Made by a program: the position numbers and the translations under genes. Source: Eubacteriales bacterium (GTDB taxonomy: Bacteria > Bacillota > Clostridia > Oscillospirales > CAG-272). Taken from it: DNA of 60,179 nucleotides. The notes under the pieces are model-generated. The model was not told the DNA's origin and searched no databases. It saw only the letters and a program-made list of their open reading frames with translations. Each line of letters begins with the position of its first letter. Position 1 is the first letter of the stretch. Of the stretch, positions 26,697 to 37,888 are shown piece after piece. The stretch lies in NCBI GenBank assembly GCA_045124015.1, contig JBGVLA010000134.1, forward strand, positions 1 to 60,179, in the 5' to 3' direction.

Positions 26697-28040
26697 ATGG
26701 CATTTGTATTTTCTGACAAGTATGTAAAAAGCTTCGTTACCGAAGCGGATCTTTCCGCGATCAACGGCGAGGTTTTGAACGCGCACAAGGCGCTTTGCGA
26801 AAAAACAGGCGCAGGCAACGATTTTCTCGGTTGGGTAGAGCTTCCCAAGAATTATGACCGCGCAGAGGTTGCACAGATCAAAAAGGCAGCGGCAAAGATT
26901 TGCGATCTTTGCGATGTTCTTATCGTCATCGGTATCGGCGGTTCTTATCTCGGTGCTCGTGCGGCAATCGAATTTATTCACGGTAACTATTACAACAACA
27001 AAAAGAAAAATACACCTGATATCTATTTCGTAGGTAAGGATATCAGCTCTGCACATCTTCAGGATATCCTCGATATCTGCAAGGATCGCGATATTTGCGT
27101 AAACGTCATTTCCAAATCCGGTACGACCACCGAACCCGCGATCGCTTTCCGTGTATTCCGTGATCTTCTTATCGAAAAATACGGTAAAGAAGGCGCGGCA
27201 GAACGTATCTTTGCAACTACCGATAAGGCACGCGGCGCACTCCGCAAGCAGGCGGATACATACGGCTATGAAAGCTTCGTCATTGCAGACGATGTCGGCG
27301 GCAGATTCTCTGTTCTTTCTCCCGTAGGTCTTCTTCCCATCGCAGTTTCCGGCGTAGACGTAGAAGAAATGCTCGCAGGCGCGGCAAAGGCATATGATGA
27401 TTTCGCTGAGGGCGACGTTTTCACAAACGGCTGTCTCAAATATGCGGCAATCCGTAACATCCTTCACAGACGCGGCAAGAGCATCGAAATCCTTACCGTA
27501 AACGATCCCGCTCTCACCTTGACCTGCGAATGGTGGAAACAGCTCTTCGGTGAATCCGAAGGCAAGGACGGCAAGGGTTTGTATCCCTCCAGCACCGTGT
27601 ATTCCACAGACCTCCACTCTCTCGGTCAGTTCATTCAGGAAGGCTCTCGTTTGATGTTTGAAACCGTTATCAACGTCAACATCGAAGAAGGCATCAAGAT
27701 CCCCACCGACGCAGAAGACGGCGACGGTCTGAACTTCCTTGCAGGCAAGAGCCTCAATTTCGTAAACCAGAAGGCACATGACGGTACCATCCTTGCGCAT
27801 ACAGACGGCGATGTTCCGAACCTTTCCATCGCGCTCACCTCTCGCAGTGCGTTTGATTTCGGTTATCTCGTATACTTCTTTGAAAAGGCTTGCGCGGTTT
27901 CCGGTTATGTTCTCGGTGTCAATCCCTTTGACCAGCCCGGCGTGGAAGCATACAAGAAGAATATGTTTGCGCTTCTCGGTAAGCCCGGCTATGACGAGCT
28001 CCGCGAAAAGCTCGAAGATCGTCTTTCCACCTTGGAATAA
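26697..28040 (+). CDS. pgi: Glucose-6-phosphate isomerase
   Basis: [29 protein letters not shown] and ESEGKDGKG motifs. The start at MAFVF has a GAGGT SD. Confidence 0.92.
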   Translation: MAFVFSDKYVKSFVTEADLSAINGEVLNAHKALCEKTGAGNDFLGWVELPKNYDRAEVAQIKKAAAKICDLCDVLIVIGIGGSYLGARAAIEFIHGNYYNNKKKNTPDIYFVGKDISSAHLQDILDICKDRDICVNVISKSGTTTEPAIAFRVFRDLLIEKYGKEGAAERIFATTDKARGALRKQADTYGYESFVIADDVGGRFSVLSPVGLLPIAVSGVDVEEMLAGAAKAYDDFAEGDVFTNGCLKYAAIRNILHRRGKSIEILTVNDPALTLTCEWWKQLFGESEGKDGKGLYPSSTVYSTDLHSLGQFIQEGSRLMFETVINVNIEEGIKIPTDAEDGDGLNFLAGKSLNFVNQKAHDGTILAHTDGDVPNLSIALTSRSAFDFGYLVYFFEKACAVSGYVLGVNPFDQPGVEAYKKNMFALLGKPGYDELREKLEDRLSTLE

Positions 28041-28056
28041 TTTAGATCAGATAGAG

Positions 28057-28081
28057 AAAAGCCCGCGAAAGCGGGCTTTTC
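28057..28081 (+). terminator. Intrinsic terminator after pgi
   Basis: aaaagcccgc-gaaa-gcgggctttt. Confidence 0.8.
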
Positions 28082-28096
28082 ATATAAGGAAATCAT

Positions 28097-30364
28097 ATGT
28101 TCAAAGGAAAATATCTTGCAGGGATGCTGGCGGCGTATGTCATCGTCTTTGCGCTTGGCTTTTATTTGCCGATATCACCCATGCTTCATCTTGGCGTGAT
28201 GGCAGTGCTTTTGACTCTTTTCGGTATATGGATCCTTGTAAAAAATCGAAGGCTCACACATGAAAAAAGAAGGATCCATATCTTTTTGCTTGCCGCCTTT
28301 TTGCTCGTTTCGGCATTTGGATACAGCGAATGGTTTACGGGGACAAGACTAAGCCCGATATCGGCATATACCGACGGTGAAGTCCATATAATGACCGCCG
28401 AGGTTGAGGATATTCGCTATGAAAAAGCGTATGGCTCTGCATACGTTTTGCGTGTAAGCGCAATTGATGGGGAAGCTTTTTCCGTTGGTGCACTTTTAGA
28501 CGTTCCGTTTGCAGGAGGTCTTGCGATTGGCGATGAGATCGAGTTTTCAGGACTTCTTGAGGAAATTACCGATGAATATCAATATTATCATAAGTCTAAG
28601 GGCGTTCTCGTCATATGCAGTGCAGAGGATTTTACGCAGACGGGCGGAAAAACGGCTGAACCGTCTGTTTTTGCTCGTATTCGAGAAAAGATCGCAGAGA
28701 ATTTCAAAACGTATATCGGAGAAGGCGCGGGTTATGCCATTGCGCTTCTTACGGGGGATAAAGACGGGCTTGACGGACAGACGAAGCTTGCGTATCAAAG
28801 ACTCGGGATCTCTCATGTGCTGGCCGTTTCGGGAATGCACTTTTCTGTTATCGTCGGCGGTCTTGATTTTTTGCTTCGTGCTTTGACGATGCCCAGAAAA
28901 AAGAAAAACATCGTTTTGATCTGCTTTTCTTTTGTTTTTGCTGGAATATGCGGATTTTCTGCATCCATCGTGCGTGCGCTGATCATGTTTTGCATTTATT
29001 ATATCGCGGATACGCTTGGCGAAAAGAGTGATTCGCTGACTTCGCTTTTCTTTGCGGCGGCTTGCATCATAACGGGAAATCCGTGGGCAGTCTATGATGC
29101 AGGATTTTGGCTTTCTGTTTTTTCGACGCTTGGGATCGTTCTCGTGATGCCCTCGATGAATCGGATCCTCATGGGCAAAAAAGAAGAAAAGCGTATTCTT
29201 CGTTTGGGCAAGAAATTGGTTCGTGCCGTTCTTTGCATGGCGGTGATGAATCTTACCGCGCTCTTTTTTACGATGCCCGTAACGTATTTCCTGTACGGCG
29301 GTGTTTCCTTGATCTCACCGCTTGCCAATTTGATCTTCATTCCCTTGACGGAGCTGATTCTGTATCTCTTGATATTGCTTGCGCTTTTGGGATTTGTGCC
29401 GATCGTTGGGTCTTTGCTTGGTGCAGTTTGTGCGTTTCTCATTGAGATTGCCGACGAGATGGCGGTTACTCTTTCGGATCTTCGAGGGATCTATCTTTCG
29501 ATTCGCTATCCGTTTGTCGGGGTGATCTTGATTTTGATGATCCTCGGTATATGTATGGTCCTTTTTGCAAAGGAGTTTCGTCTGCGTCGTATGTTTGCCG
29601 TCTTCTTCTGTGTGGTCATCACGTTTGGTATTTGCTTTGGGGTCTATACCTATGCGGGCAAGGATTCTACATATCTGTATCTTCGTACCGACGGCAAAAA
29701 TGACGTACTTTCTCTCGTGGACGATGGGGAAGTGATGCTCATCGATGCCGCAAACGGCGGAAAGCGCGTACCGCGAATGGCGGTGGAAACGCTTTCGGCG
29801 TATTATCGCTGTGAGATCGATACCTATGTGCTGACACATCTGCATTCCTATCACGCAGGTACGCTGAAAACGCTTGCGGATGATATCAAAATTCACCGTG
29901 TTTTGCTTCCCGAGGCAGAAACGGAAAAGGATTTTGAATATATTCGTTCCATTACGGAAGCCTTGAACGGTGCTTGTGAAATTGTATATTATAAGCGGGA
30001 TGGCAAACAGACCGCGACCGTTGGCGAAACGAAGATCTTTTTACCCGATTATAAAACGATATCTCGTTCCGAGCATCCCTTGCTTACGTTTTCTGCAGAA
30101 ACGGACGGCGCTTGTGCGTGGATATATTGCGGTTCTTCCGTGATGGAATTTTCTGAATATTGGGAAGAAGTCAAACGGTATCGAGCTGTCGTTTTCGGTT
30201 CGCATGGTCCTGTTGTCAAGAATATTTTTGATGATCATTGCCTTGCGATGACAGAGCTTGTCTTGTTTACCTCGTATGATACGCAATTGCTTGTGGATGC
30301 TGAAAACATAAACGGCAAAACGGTGCTTGTCGATGATGAGTATCATATTCGATTTACACATTAG
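28097..30364 (+). CDS. comEC: DNA internalisation competence protein ComEC/Rec2
   Basis: Polytopic competence domain (LGISHVLAVSGMH) plus a C-terminal metallo-beta-lactamase-like domain (VLTHLHSYH). Confidence 0.88.
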   Translation: MFKGKYLAGMLAAYVIVFALGFYLPISPMLHLGVMAVLLTLFGIWILVKNRRLTHEKRRIHIFLLAAFLLVSAFGYSEWFTGTRLSPISAYTDGEVHIMTAEVEDIRYEKAYGSAYVLRVSAIDGEAFSVGALLDVPFAGGLAIGDEIEFSGLLEEITDEYQYYHKSKGVLVICSAEDFTQTGGKTAEPSVFARIREKIAENFKTYIGEGAGYAIALLTGDKDGLDGQTKLAYQRLGISHVLAVSGMHFSVIVGGLDFLLRALTMPRKKKNIVLICFSFVFAGICGFSASIVRALIMFCIYYIADTLGEKSDSLTSLFFAAACIITGNPWAVYDAGFWLSVFSTLGIVLVMPSMNRILMGKKEEKRILRLGKKLVRAVLCMAVMNLTALFFTMPVTYFLYGGVSLISPLANLIFIPLTELILYLLILLALLGFVPIVGSLLGAVCAFLIEIADEMAVTLSDLRGIYLSIRYPFVGVILILMILGICMVLFAKEFRLRRMFAVFFCVVITFGICFGVYTYAGKDSTYLYLRTDGKNDVLSLVDDGEVMLIDAANGGKRVPRMAVETLSAYYRCEIDTYVLTHLHSYHAGTLKTLADDIKIHRVLLPEAETEKDFEYIRSITEALNGACEIVYYKRDGKQTATVGETKIFLPDYKTISRSEHPLLTFSAETDGACAWIYCGSSVMEFSEYWEEVKRYRAVVFGSHGPVVKNIFDDHCLAMTELVLFTSYDTQLLVDAENINGKTVLVDDEYHIRFTH

Positions 30365-30394
30365 TGGGCAACGACCATTTGAAAATCCATAGTG

Positions 30395-30422
30395 AAAAAC
30401 ACCGCTTTTGCGGTGTTTTTTT
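30395..30422 (+). terminator. Intrinsic terminator after comEC
   Basis: aaaaacaccgc-tttt-gcggtg followed by ttttttt. Confidence 0.8.
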
Positions 30423-30484
30423 GCATATTTCTCCTAAATTACGGCAAATACTATCTTAAAAACCGAAAAAAGGTATGGGAATGT

Positions 30485-30943
30485 ATGATGTCAGATGAAA
30501 AAGAATATAAAACGGAAATTTTGGGAGGGCTTGATGCAATGCAGAATGAGTCCGTACGTATCCTACGGGCTTTTTCGGCACACTTGAAAAAGGATACGTC
30601 AGCGTTTGCTTTGACAAACAGAGACCGTCTTCGCCGTGCAGTGTTACAGGCAAAAAAATCATTTTATCATCATGATGCGATCCCCATATCCGCCAAAGAC
30701 GGTATGCCATATCTGTTTCGTGTTTCACAGAATTTACTTTCGGCGGAAAAGGGGATATTGACCGAAAAAGCTGTGGGAGAAGCGCTTGCGCGTGAGGCGG
30801 AAAAGCATCGCTTCTATGACGAAGAGCTTTTGCTTTTGCCGTCGTTTTTGATCGTTTCCGCCGCTGAGCTTTATTCGCGCGAAGGGCAGATAAGTTTTTC
30901 CGAGGCTATCCTCAGCATATACGAAAAGAATTTCTCTGCATAA
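30485..30943 (+). pseudogene. N-terminal 152 codons of the glucan-synthase-like gene, ending at an in-frame TAA
   Basis: Same reading frame as 31043..37888 (both starts are 2 mod 3). The frame is open again from 30944. See findings. Confidence 0.55.
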
Positions 30944-31042
30944 ATTTTTGCCTTTTCCGAGGTTGAGCGCATCTTCTGTGAAGAAAACGCCGATGTCTAT
31001 CGAAACGTCGATGCGGCAACCAAAAATTTATATCATGCTCGC

Positions 31043-34000
31043 TTGCGGAGGCTGACCAAAAGGGAAAAGAGCGATCCCTTTGAAGCGGCGAGGAAAATTG
31101 TAGAGAGTGCCAATCAAAAGCAAACACATATCGGAAGCATCCTCCCTCCGTATAGAGGTGCGGACACGCGCCTGTATGTATCCGCACTTTTTACACTCAG
31201 CATCGCGTTGCTTTTCCTGTTTGCGTGTTTGAACGGAGCGGGATATTGGAATTTGGTATTGCTGTTGCCGATTGCATTTCCGATCTATGCTTTTTCCAAG
31301 ATCGCGTTGGAGCCTGTTTTTTCGCGTCGCGGAGAACGGACATTGCCGAGGCTGACCAAAGGCGATGTGCTTGAGCAGACGCGCGTGCTTGTCTCTGTTG
31401 CAACCTTTTTGTTTGGGGAAGAAAAGGACGGAAAAATTTTCGATAGGCTCGAGGATTTTTATCTAACCAATCGTGAGCGAGGAGAAAATACGGTATTTGC
31501 CGTGATAGGAGATCTTCCGCAAAGCAAAAAGCGTACCACGGACAAGGATGCCGCCATTCTTTCCTATGCGGAAAAACGGATCCAAGCACTCTTATCCAAA
31601 TACGGTCCGCATTTTGCCTTGTTTATCAGAGGGAGACGGCGCTCGGAAAGTGAGGATGCTTATATCGGATGGGAAAGAAAACGAGGAAGCGTGCTTGAGC
31701 TTTGCCGTTTTCTGCGCGGTAAGCCAACGAGCTTTATTCTGGAGATATGTGAGAGAGACTTTCTTTCTGAGGTAAAATATCTGATCACGCTCGATGCCGA
31801 TACGAATCTCTATGCAGGTGCGGTACGCGATATGCTCGGCATTATGCTGCATCCCGAAAATAGACCGCGCCTTGATCCCGAAACGAACACGGTAATATCA
31901 GGGCACGCTGTTCTTCAGCCGAGAATGACGACGACGCTTACGTCTGCGTCTTCAACGGCGTTTGCGGAAATGACGGGAGGGGCGGGCGGAATCGACGTTT
32001 ATGCCGCGGCATCGTCGGATCTTTATCAAAGTCTTTTTGATGAGGGGATCTATTGCGGAAAAGGGATTATGGATGTTGACGTCTTTTTGGCGGTCTGCGA
32101 CGGCTTTTTTCCCAGAGAGCGCATTTTGAGCCACGATCTTGCAGAAGGAAATTTGCTTCGTGCAGGTCTGGCGACGGATATCGTACTGACAGACGGTACG
32201 CCCAAAAATGCAATTTCGTATTATATCCGTGAGCATCGTTGGTTCAGAGGCGATCTGCAGATAGCGCCGTATCTTTTTCGCCGTATCCAAAATGAGCGCG
32301 GTGAGTATTTTCCAAACCCCATGTCTCGTCTTTCAAAATACAAAATACTGGATAATCTTTTGCGCGCGGCGACGCCGCTTATGTCCGTGCTTGCGTTGCT
32401 TACGGGATGCTTGCTTCGCGGTAGATGTGCGCTTTGGACGGCAGTAGCCGTTTTTTTACCGACGCTTTGGCAGATCGCTTGTGCGGCGTCCCGAGATGTA
32501 CGACATCATGGAATGGATGCGCCGATGCGTGCGTTGTCCGTTGCATGGTTTCATGTGAGTGCACTTGCATATGAGGCGTTTTTGTTTATGGATGCCTTGG
32601 TGCGTACGCTTTATCGCTTCACGGTCAGTCATAAAAATTTTCTGGGCTGGACGACGGCATCGTCGGGAGACAGTGCTAAAAAAGGGTATTTGGACGATTA
32701 TATCCTGCGCTTTTCTCCCTCTATGATGATCGGACTTGTCTTTTTTTGCGTTTCCGATGTCATAGGAAAGCTTCTTGGCGTCTTTTGGATGATGATGCCG
32801 ATCGCGTTTTGGCTTCTTTCGCGCGAAAGAAGAGAATCGCAAAGGATATGTGTGCGAGATCGGGAAGCGCTCATGCGATATACGCACGATGCATGGCTAT
32901 TTTTTCGTGATCATGTCAATCTCACAACCAAAGGTCTTCCTCCCGATAACATCCAGCTTTCTCCGACCTTTGCGATCGCAAGGCGCACTTCACCAACCAA
33001 TATCGGACTGTATCTGCTTTCGTTGCTTTCTGCCCGTGATTTTGGTTTTATTGATAGCCATGAGCTATATGAGAGGAGCAGTCTTGCGGCAAAAACGGTG
33101 AAAACGCTTTTCAAATGGAATGGACATCTGTATAATTGGTATTCGCTTGACACATTGGAGGTGCTTGGCGATGCGTTCGTTTCCACCGTGGATAGCGGTA
33201 ATTTTGTAACCTCGCTGGTTGCATTTTGTGAAGGCGCAAAGGAATACGCGGCGGAGGCGACGGGGCTTTTGGACGTGATCTCCGATTTGGAAAAGGTGAT
33301 TTCGGAAACGGATTTTTCCGCCTTATACGATCGTTCTCGAGACTTATTTTATATCGGATACGATGGAAAGCAAGCTATGTTTACAAATGCCCATTACGAT
33401 ACGTTTATGAGTGAATCGAGACTAACGTCATATTATGCGACGGCGGTACGCGCCGTACCGAGAGAACATTATTTCAAGGGGGCGCGCCGTGTGATCGGTG
33501 GTTTTGGCGATTACGGCATTGCTTCTTGGAGCGGAACGGCATTTGAATTTTTTATGCCGTCCTTGCTCCTTCCAAAGGCAAAGGGCTCCTTGATATCCTT
33601 TTCGCTTTCCCATGCATACCGCACACAGAAACGAAAAGCAGTTTCAAGGCTTGTTCTCGGTAAAAAACACACGGTGTTCGGTGTTTCTGAAAGCGGATAC
33701 TTTGCCTTTGACGGTGCGATGAATTATCAATATCACGCCTTTGGTACGGAGTCGCTTTCCTTGGACCCCGAGGTCTTTTCTGAGCCCGTGATCGCGCCGT
33801 ACGCTTCTTTTTTGATGTTGGAGGAGGATCCTGAGCGTGTTGCGGAAAATCTTACGGAGCTGGAATCGCTGGGTATGTACGGAAAATACGGATTTTACGA
33901 GGCGATCGATTTCGAGCCTTCCCGTGTCGGCGGCGGTTATGCACGCATCCAAAGCTTCATGTCTCACCATTTGGGAATGAGCATCGTTGCGGTATCCAAT

Positions 34001-37000
34001 CTTTTGCATGACGGTATTTTTCGCAGACGATTTATGAAAAATCCCTCCATGCGTGCTTCGGGAGAGCTTCTTTCGGAGCGAATGCCTCATGTTCTCATCC
34101 CATATTCCGTGAAGCACCGTATCCGAGATGTCCGCTTGCATCATGTTCCTGCGATCATACAAGATACCCGCGAGGCATCATATCCTTATACGCTTTTGCA
34201 TCCCGAAATGGCACTTATCAGCAATCACAAAACCAAGATACTTGCCTCGTCAAGCGGACATATTGCCATCGAAAACGGTTCGATGACGCTCAGCTATTCT
34301 TCGTTTGATCTGTATGAGCTTATGGGCGGATTCCGCATGTACGTCAATGTAGATGGTGCAATCTTACCGACGGTGCCTCTCATGTCGGAGGATGAGTCAT
34401 TTTCCTCGCAGTTTTCCTTTTCCTCGCGCGCAGATGCAATCGTTTACCGCTCACAGCATAGAAACGCAAAAAAAGAATACACGATCATTCTCACCCTTTC
34501 TGTTTTGCCGGATAAAGAGATCTGTGAGATTTCCTGTGAGATCTTTGGTGAATATCAAAGCGCATATGCGTGCTTGTATTTTGAGCCCGTATTGGCAGAT
34601 CGAAAAGAATATCTCGCGCATAAAAGCTTTTCGGGTCTGTTTTTGGAAAGCGAATATCATGCCGATGAGGGCGTTTTGCTCTTTAAGCGGCGCCCACGGA
34701 GCGATGAACTGCCGTATGAACTTCTCGGCGTCAGCGTCTTGCCCCGTCCAAGTGAACACTTTTTTGAAACGATGCGTGATCGCGTGCTTCCTTTGATGTG
34801 CGGCGAGAGTGCGTATCGGAGTTTGGCGAAAAAGCGTGAGCTTTCTGATTCCACGGGGGCTTTGGTGATCCCTTCTTGCGTTTTGATGAGCGCTCCCGTC
34901 AATAGCCGTAAACGCAGGATACGTTTTGCGCTTGGCACAGCAAATGACGAAGATGATCTTCTTTATGAGCTTTCGGGTATGACAAACGAGAGCAGACGAA
35001 TGCGCAAGTTGAAAACGGGCGACCTGTTGCAACTGCAATACAGTGCCGCAGGACTTTCCCGATCGGTGGCGCCTCTCGAGCATTTTATCTTGAGATCGAT
35101 GGCGTTTGGTCAGATTCGTCCTCGCCTGGAAAATCATCGTCATATCGATAAAAACGCCTTTTGGCGCTTTTCGATCTCGGGGGACAATCCCATCGTGCTT
35201 GCCAAGGTTTATACGGAGGGGGAAGAGGAGACCATGCGTCTGCGTGAGCTTCTCGGACTTTTCAAATATATGTGTATTCGCGGCATACGATATGATCTCG
35301 TGCTTCTTTACCGAGAGCGTGATGGATATAACCGCTCGGAATATGAACGTCTTTTGCGCGAGCTTCGCCGCGCGGGCTGTGAAAATTTTATCTCGTGGTC
35401 CTGCGGCATTTTTTGTGTGGATGAGGGCTCGCTGACCTTGGACGAGCGTTTCGCTTATGATATTTCTGCCGCGGCGATCTTGGATGTATCCGTTCCGCTT
35501 CGGGAGACTGCGCTTGAAAATGCAAGAGCCGTCCCCATTTCCGCGGAGCTTGAGCGCTTATTGAAGCGCGAAGTCATGACGGTTTCCTTGCCATCGGAAA
35601 AGCCGTGTTTATCGGAATTGGAGAGGCTTGCGAGCGGTTCTTTTCATGAAAACGGATTTCTTGTTCGTAAGCCGCACGGGAATGCGCCGTTTGCTCATGT
35701 TCTCGCGTCGCAAAACTTCGGCTCGGTACTGACGGAAAATTCGCTCGGCTTTACCTTCGCGCGCAATGCAGGTCTTGGCAAGCTGACACCGCATACAGCG
35801 GATGCCATGTCAGAGGATCGCGGAGAAAGACTGCTTTTGCGAATCTACGATCTGTTTGGTATGCAATACCGGGATTATGATCTTTGTGCCGTTTCCGCAT
35901 GGGTCGATTATACCTTTGAGGGTGCTGTCTATTACGGAACGGTATGCGGTATACGTTTTTCGATTTCGGTGAATCTTGGGGGAAAAGCGGATATCAAAAT
36001 GATTTCCGTGTCGTTAGAAAGTGAAAAGAGGATGCGTCTGGCGCTGATTTTTGCCGTATATCCTGCACTTGGTGAGCGTGCAGACGCCAATCGGTTTTAT
36101 CGCTTTTATAAGGAAAAGGATGGTCTGCGGATATCCCACTTTTCCGACGGTGGAATGAAAAGGGGAGAGCTTCTTATGTTTTCTCCCGATGCGACGGCTT
36201 GCTATACGGATACGGCGGCTCTGCGCTCGGATGGCGCCGTTTTTCGAGGAGAATCGGATGTGGGCGTGCTTTTATCGCGCATGGAGCTTTTCGGCAAGCG
36301 AACGGTCTGTTTTTATCTTGGTGCAGTCTTTTCCGAAAGGCATGATCGCGCGTTGCGTGCATACGCTCTCGGAAAGGGATATCCTGAAAATCCAAAAAGC
36401 CTCTGTCAAACCATTGTACTGCGTTCTCAAGATGTGCTTTTGGATGAGATCGTCAACAAATGGAGCGTTTATCAGACCCTTTACGCAAGGATCTATGCGC
36501 GAAGCGGATTCTATCAAGTGAGCGGCGCGTATGGCTTTCGTGATCAGCTACAGGATGCTATGGCTTTGATACAGATCGCACCGAATATCACGAAAACGAT
36601 CATCTTCCGCGCGGCGGCGCATCAATACGAGGAAGGCGACGTTCAGCATTTTTGGCATCCTACGGGTGCAGGACTGCGTACGCGATGCTCGGATGATTTT
36701 TTGTGGCTTGCGTACGTTACAGCGGAGTATATCAAGCAGACGGGCGATATTGGAATTTTGAAAGCCGAGATCGCATATTTGCAATCTCCTGTTTTGGCGG
36801 AAAGGGAAGAGGATCGGTATGAATCCCCATTGAAAACGGAATACAAAGAATCTCTTTGGGCGCATATCAAGCGAGCCGTTGCGAGAGCTGACCGTTTCGG
36901 CGCACATGGTCTTCCGCTCTTTGGCAGCGGAGATTGGAACGATGGCATGAATGCCGTTGGCAAAGCGGGACGGGGCGAAAGTGTCTGGCTTGCCTTTTTC

Positions 37001-37888
37001 CTCGTGCTTGTTTGGGAGCGTATGATGCATCTTTGTGAGATGCTGGGCGAGGAAACACGCGATTATCAAGAAAAGCAGTTGCATATGCTTGAGGCGCTTC
37101 GCTTATACGGTTATGACGGTGCATGGTATCGAAGAGGCTATTATGATGACGGCACTCCGCTTGGAAGCGATTGCCGGTGTGATTGCAAGATCGACGCGAT
37201 CGCGCAAGCCTTTGCGGCGATCGTTTCTTCTGAGCTCGGTTTTGAGAAGGAGAGAGCGATGCGTGCGATGGCATCTGTTGAGGAGCATCTTTTTGATAGA
37301 GAGCATCAAATGATCCACCTTTTGACACCGCCCTTTATGCAGGATGTGCAATCACCGGGATATATCAAGGGGTATGTGGCAGGTATACGAGAAAACGGCG
37401 GACAGTATACGCACGCGGCTGTTTGGTCTGCGATAGGAGCCCTTTCCTGCGGAGAAGATGCCCTGGGTGCAGAAATGCTTTTTGCGATCACGCCTGCGCT
37501 TCGCGCAAGAGATCCTCGATTGGAAAAGGCGTATCGCATCGAACCGTACGTTTTTGCAGGAGATGTTTATGCCAATCCATCCCATATCGCACGAGGCGGT
37601 TGGAGCTGGTATACAGGCTCTGCGGCGTGGTATCGACGCGCAGTTCTCGAATGGCTATGCGGATATCGTGAGGATGGAGAAGGCTTTACGCTTGCACCTC
37701 ATCTTTCTCAAGGCTTTTCATCCTTTTCTCTTGAGATATCCAAAAGAGATACGCACTATACCATCGATGTTTCGCTTGGCAAGCAAACGCATGCAACGCT
37801 CGATGGTTGTGAGATTTTATCGACTGCGCATTTTCTCTTTGACGGCGGGAAGCACCATGTTCGCTTGGAGTATGCTGAGAACACGTAA
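31043..37888 (+). CDS. Cyclic beta-1,2-glucan synthase (NdvB/ChvB/Cgs)-like protein: TM region, GT84-type glycosyltransferase and C-terminal GH94-type phosphorylase domain
   Basis: LITLDADTNL (DxD), HDLAEGNLLR and REHRWFRGDLQ GT motifs. The C-terminal part has GH94-like GFRDQLQD, RCSDDFLWL, GDWNDGMN and HAAVW. The 5' limit is uncertain: sense codons run from 30944 and the first ATG lies about 265 codons inside. Confidence 0.8.
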   Translation: MRRLTKREKSDPFEAARKIVESANQKQTHIGSILPPYRGADTRLYVSALFTLSIALLFLFACLNGAGYWNLVLLLPIAFPIYAFSKIALEPVFSRRGERTLPRLTKGDVLEQTRVLVSVATFLFGEEKDGKIFDRLEDFYLTNRERGENTVFAVIGDLPQSKKRTTDKDAAILSYAEKRIQALLSKYGPHFALFIRGRRRSESEDAYIGWERKRGSVLELCRFLRGKPTSFILEICERDFLSEVKYLITLDADTNLYAGAVRDMLGIMLHPENRPRLDPETNTVISGHAVLQPRMTTTLTSASSTAFAEMTGGAGGIDVYAAASSDLYQSLFDEGIYCGKGIMDVDVFLAVCDGFFPRERILSHDLAEGNLLRAGLATDIVLTDGTPKNAISYYIREHRWFRGDLQIAPYLFRRIQNERGEYFPNPMSRLSKYKILDNLLRAATPLMSVLALLTGCLLRGRCALWTAVAVFLPTLWQIACAASRDVRHHGMDAPMRALSVAWFHVSALAYEAFLFMDALVRTLYRFTVSHKNFLGWTTASSGDSAKKGYLDDYILRFSPSMMIGLVFFCVSDVIGKLLGVFWMMMPIAFWLLSRERRESQRICVRDREALMRYTHDAWLFFRDHVNLTTKGLPPDNIQLSPTFAIARRTSPTNIGLYLLSLLSARDFGFIDSHELYERSSLAAKTVKTLFKWNGHLYNWYSLDTLEVLGDAFVSTVDSGNFVTSLVAFCEGAKEYAAEATGLLDVISDLEKVISETDFSALYDRSRDLFYIGYDGKQAMFTNAHYDTFMSESRLTSYYATAVRAVPREHYFKGARRVIGGFGDYGIASWSGTAFEFFMPSLLLPKAKGSLISFSLSHAYRTQKRKAVSRLVLGKKHTVFGVSESGYFAFDGAMNYQYHAFGTESLSLDPEVFSEPVIAPYASFLMLEEDPERVAENLTELESLGMYGKYGFYEAIDFEPSRVGGGYARIQSFMSHHLGMSIVAVSNLLHDGIFRRRFMKNPSMRASGELLSERMPHVLIPYSVKHRIRDVRLHHVPAIIQDTREASYPYTLLHPEMALISNHKTKILASSSGHIAIENGSMTLSYSSFDLYELMGGFRMYVNVDGAILPTVPLMSEDESFSSQFSFSSRADAIVYRSQHRNAKKEYTIILTLSVLPDKEICEISCEIFGEYQSAYACLYFEPVLADRKEYLAHKSFSGLFLESEYHADEGVLLFKRRPRSDELPYELLGVSVLPRPSEHFFETMRDRVLPLMCGESAYRSLAKKRELSDSTGALVIPSCVLMSAPVNSRKRRIRFALGTANDEDDLLYELSGMTNESRRMRKLKTGDLLQLQYSAAGLSRSVAPLEHFILRSMAFGQIRPRLENHRHIDKNAFWRFSISGDNPIVLAKVYTEGEEETMRLRELLGLFKYMCIRGIRYDLVLLYRERDGYNRSEYERLLRELRRAGCENFISWSCGIFCVDEGSLTLDERFAYDISAAAILDVSVPLRETALENARAVPISAELERLLKREVMTVSLPSEKPCLSELERLASGSFHENGFLVRKPHGNAPFAHVLASQNFGSVLTENSLGFTFARNAGLGKLTPHTADAMSEDRGERLLLRIYDLFGMQYRDYDLCAVSAWVDYTFEGAVYYGTVCGIRFSISVNLGGKADIKMISVSLESEKRMRLALIFAVYPALGERADANRFYRFYKEKDGLRISHFSDGGMKRGELLMFSPDATACYTDTAALRSDGAVFRGESDVGVLLSRMELFGKRTVCFYLGAVFSERHDRALRAYALGKGYPENPKSLCQTIVLRSQDVLLDEIVNKWSVYQTLYARIYARSGFYQVSGAYGFRDQLQDAMALIQIAPNITKTIIFRAAAHQYEEGDVQHFWHPTGAGLRTRCSDDFLWLAYVTAEYIKQTGDIGILKAEIAYLQSPVLAEREEDRYESPLKTEYKESLWAHIKRAVARADRFGAHGLPLFGSGDWNDGMNAVGKAGRGESVWLAFFLVLVWERMMHLCEMLGEETRDYQEKQLHMLEALRLYGYDGAWYRRGYYDDGTPLGSDCRCDCKIDAIAQAFAAIVSSELGFEKERAMRAMASVEEHLFDREHQMIHLLTPPFMQDVQSPGYIKGYVAGIRENGGQYTHAAVWSAIGALSCGEDALGAEMLFAITPALRARDPRLEKAYRIEPYVFAGDVYANPSHIARGGWSWYTGSAAWYRRAVLEWLCGYREDGEGFTLAPHLSQGFSSFSLEISKRDTHYTIDVSLGKQTHATLDGCEILSTAHFLFDGGKHHVRLEYAENT

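Noticed and set aside
30392-30484. 5' extension of the track ORF upstream of the glucan-synthase N-terminal fragment
   Set aside because: This stretch contains the comEC intrinsic terminator (30395-30422), so it is not coding. The first plausible start is the ATG pair at 30485.
30941-30943. TAA read as a sense codon (altered genetic code) to explain the split glucan-synthase gene
   Set aside because: TAA terminates many well-defined genes in this window at the expected protein ends, for example rpmE, rpoD, pgi, spoIIIAH and the anti-sigma gene. A code change is therefore not supported. Site-specific readthrough or a mutation remain the options.
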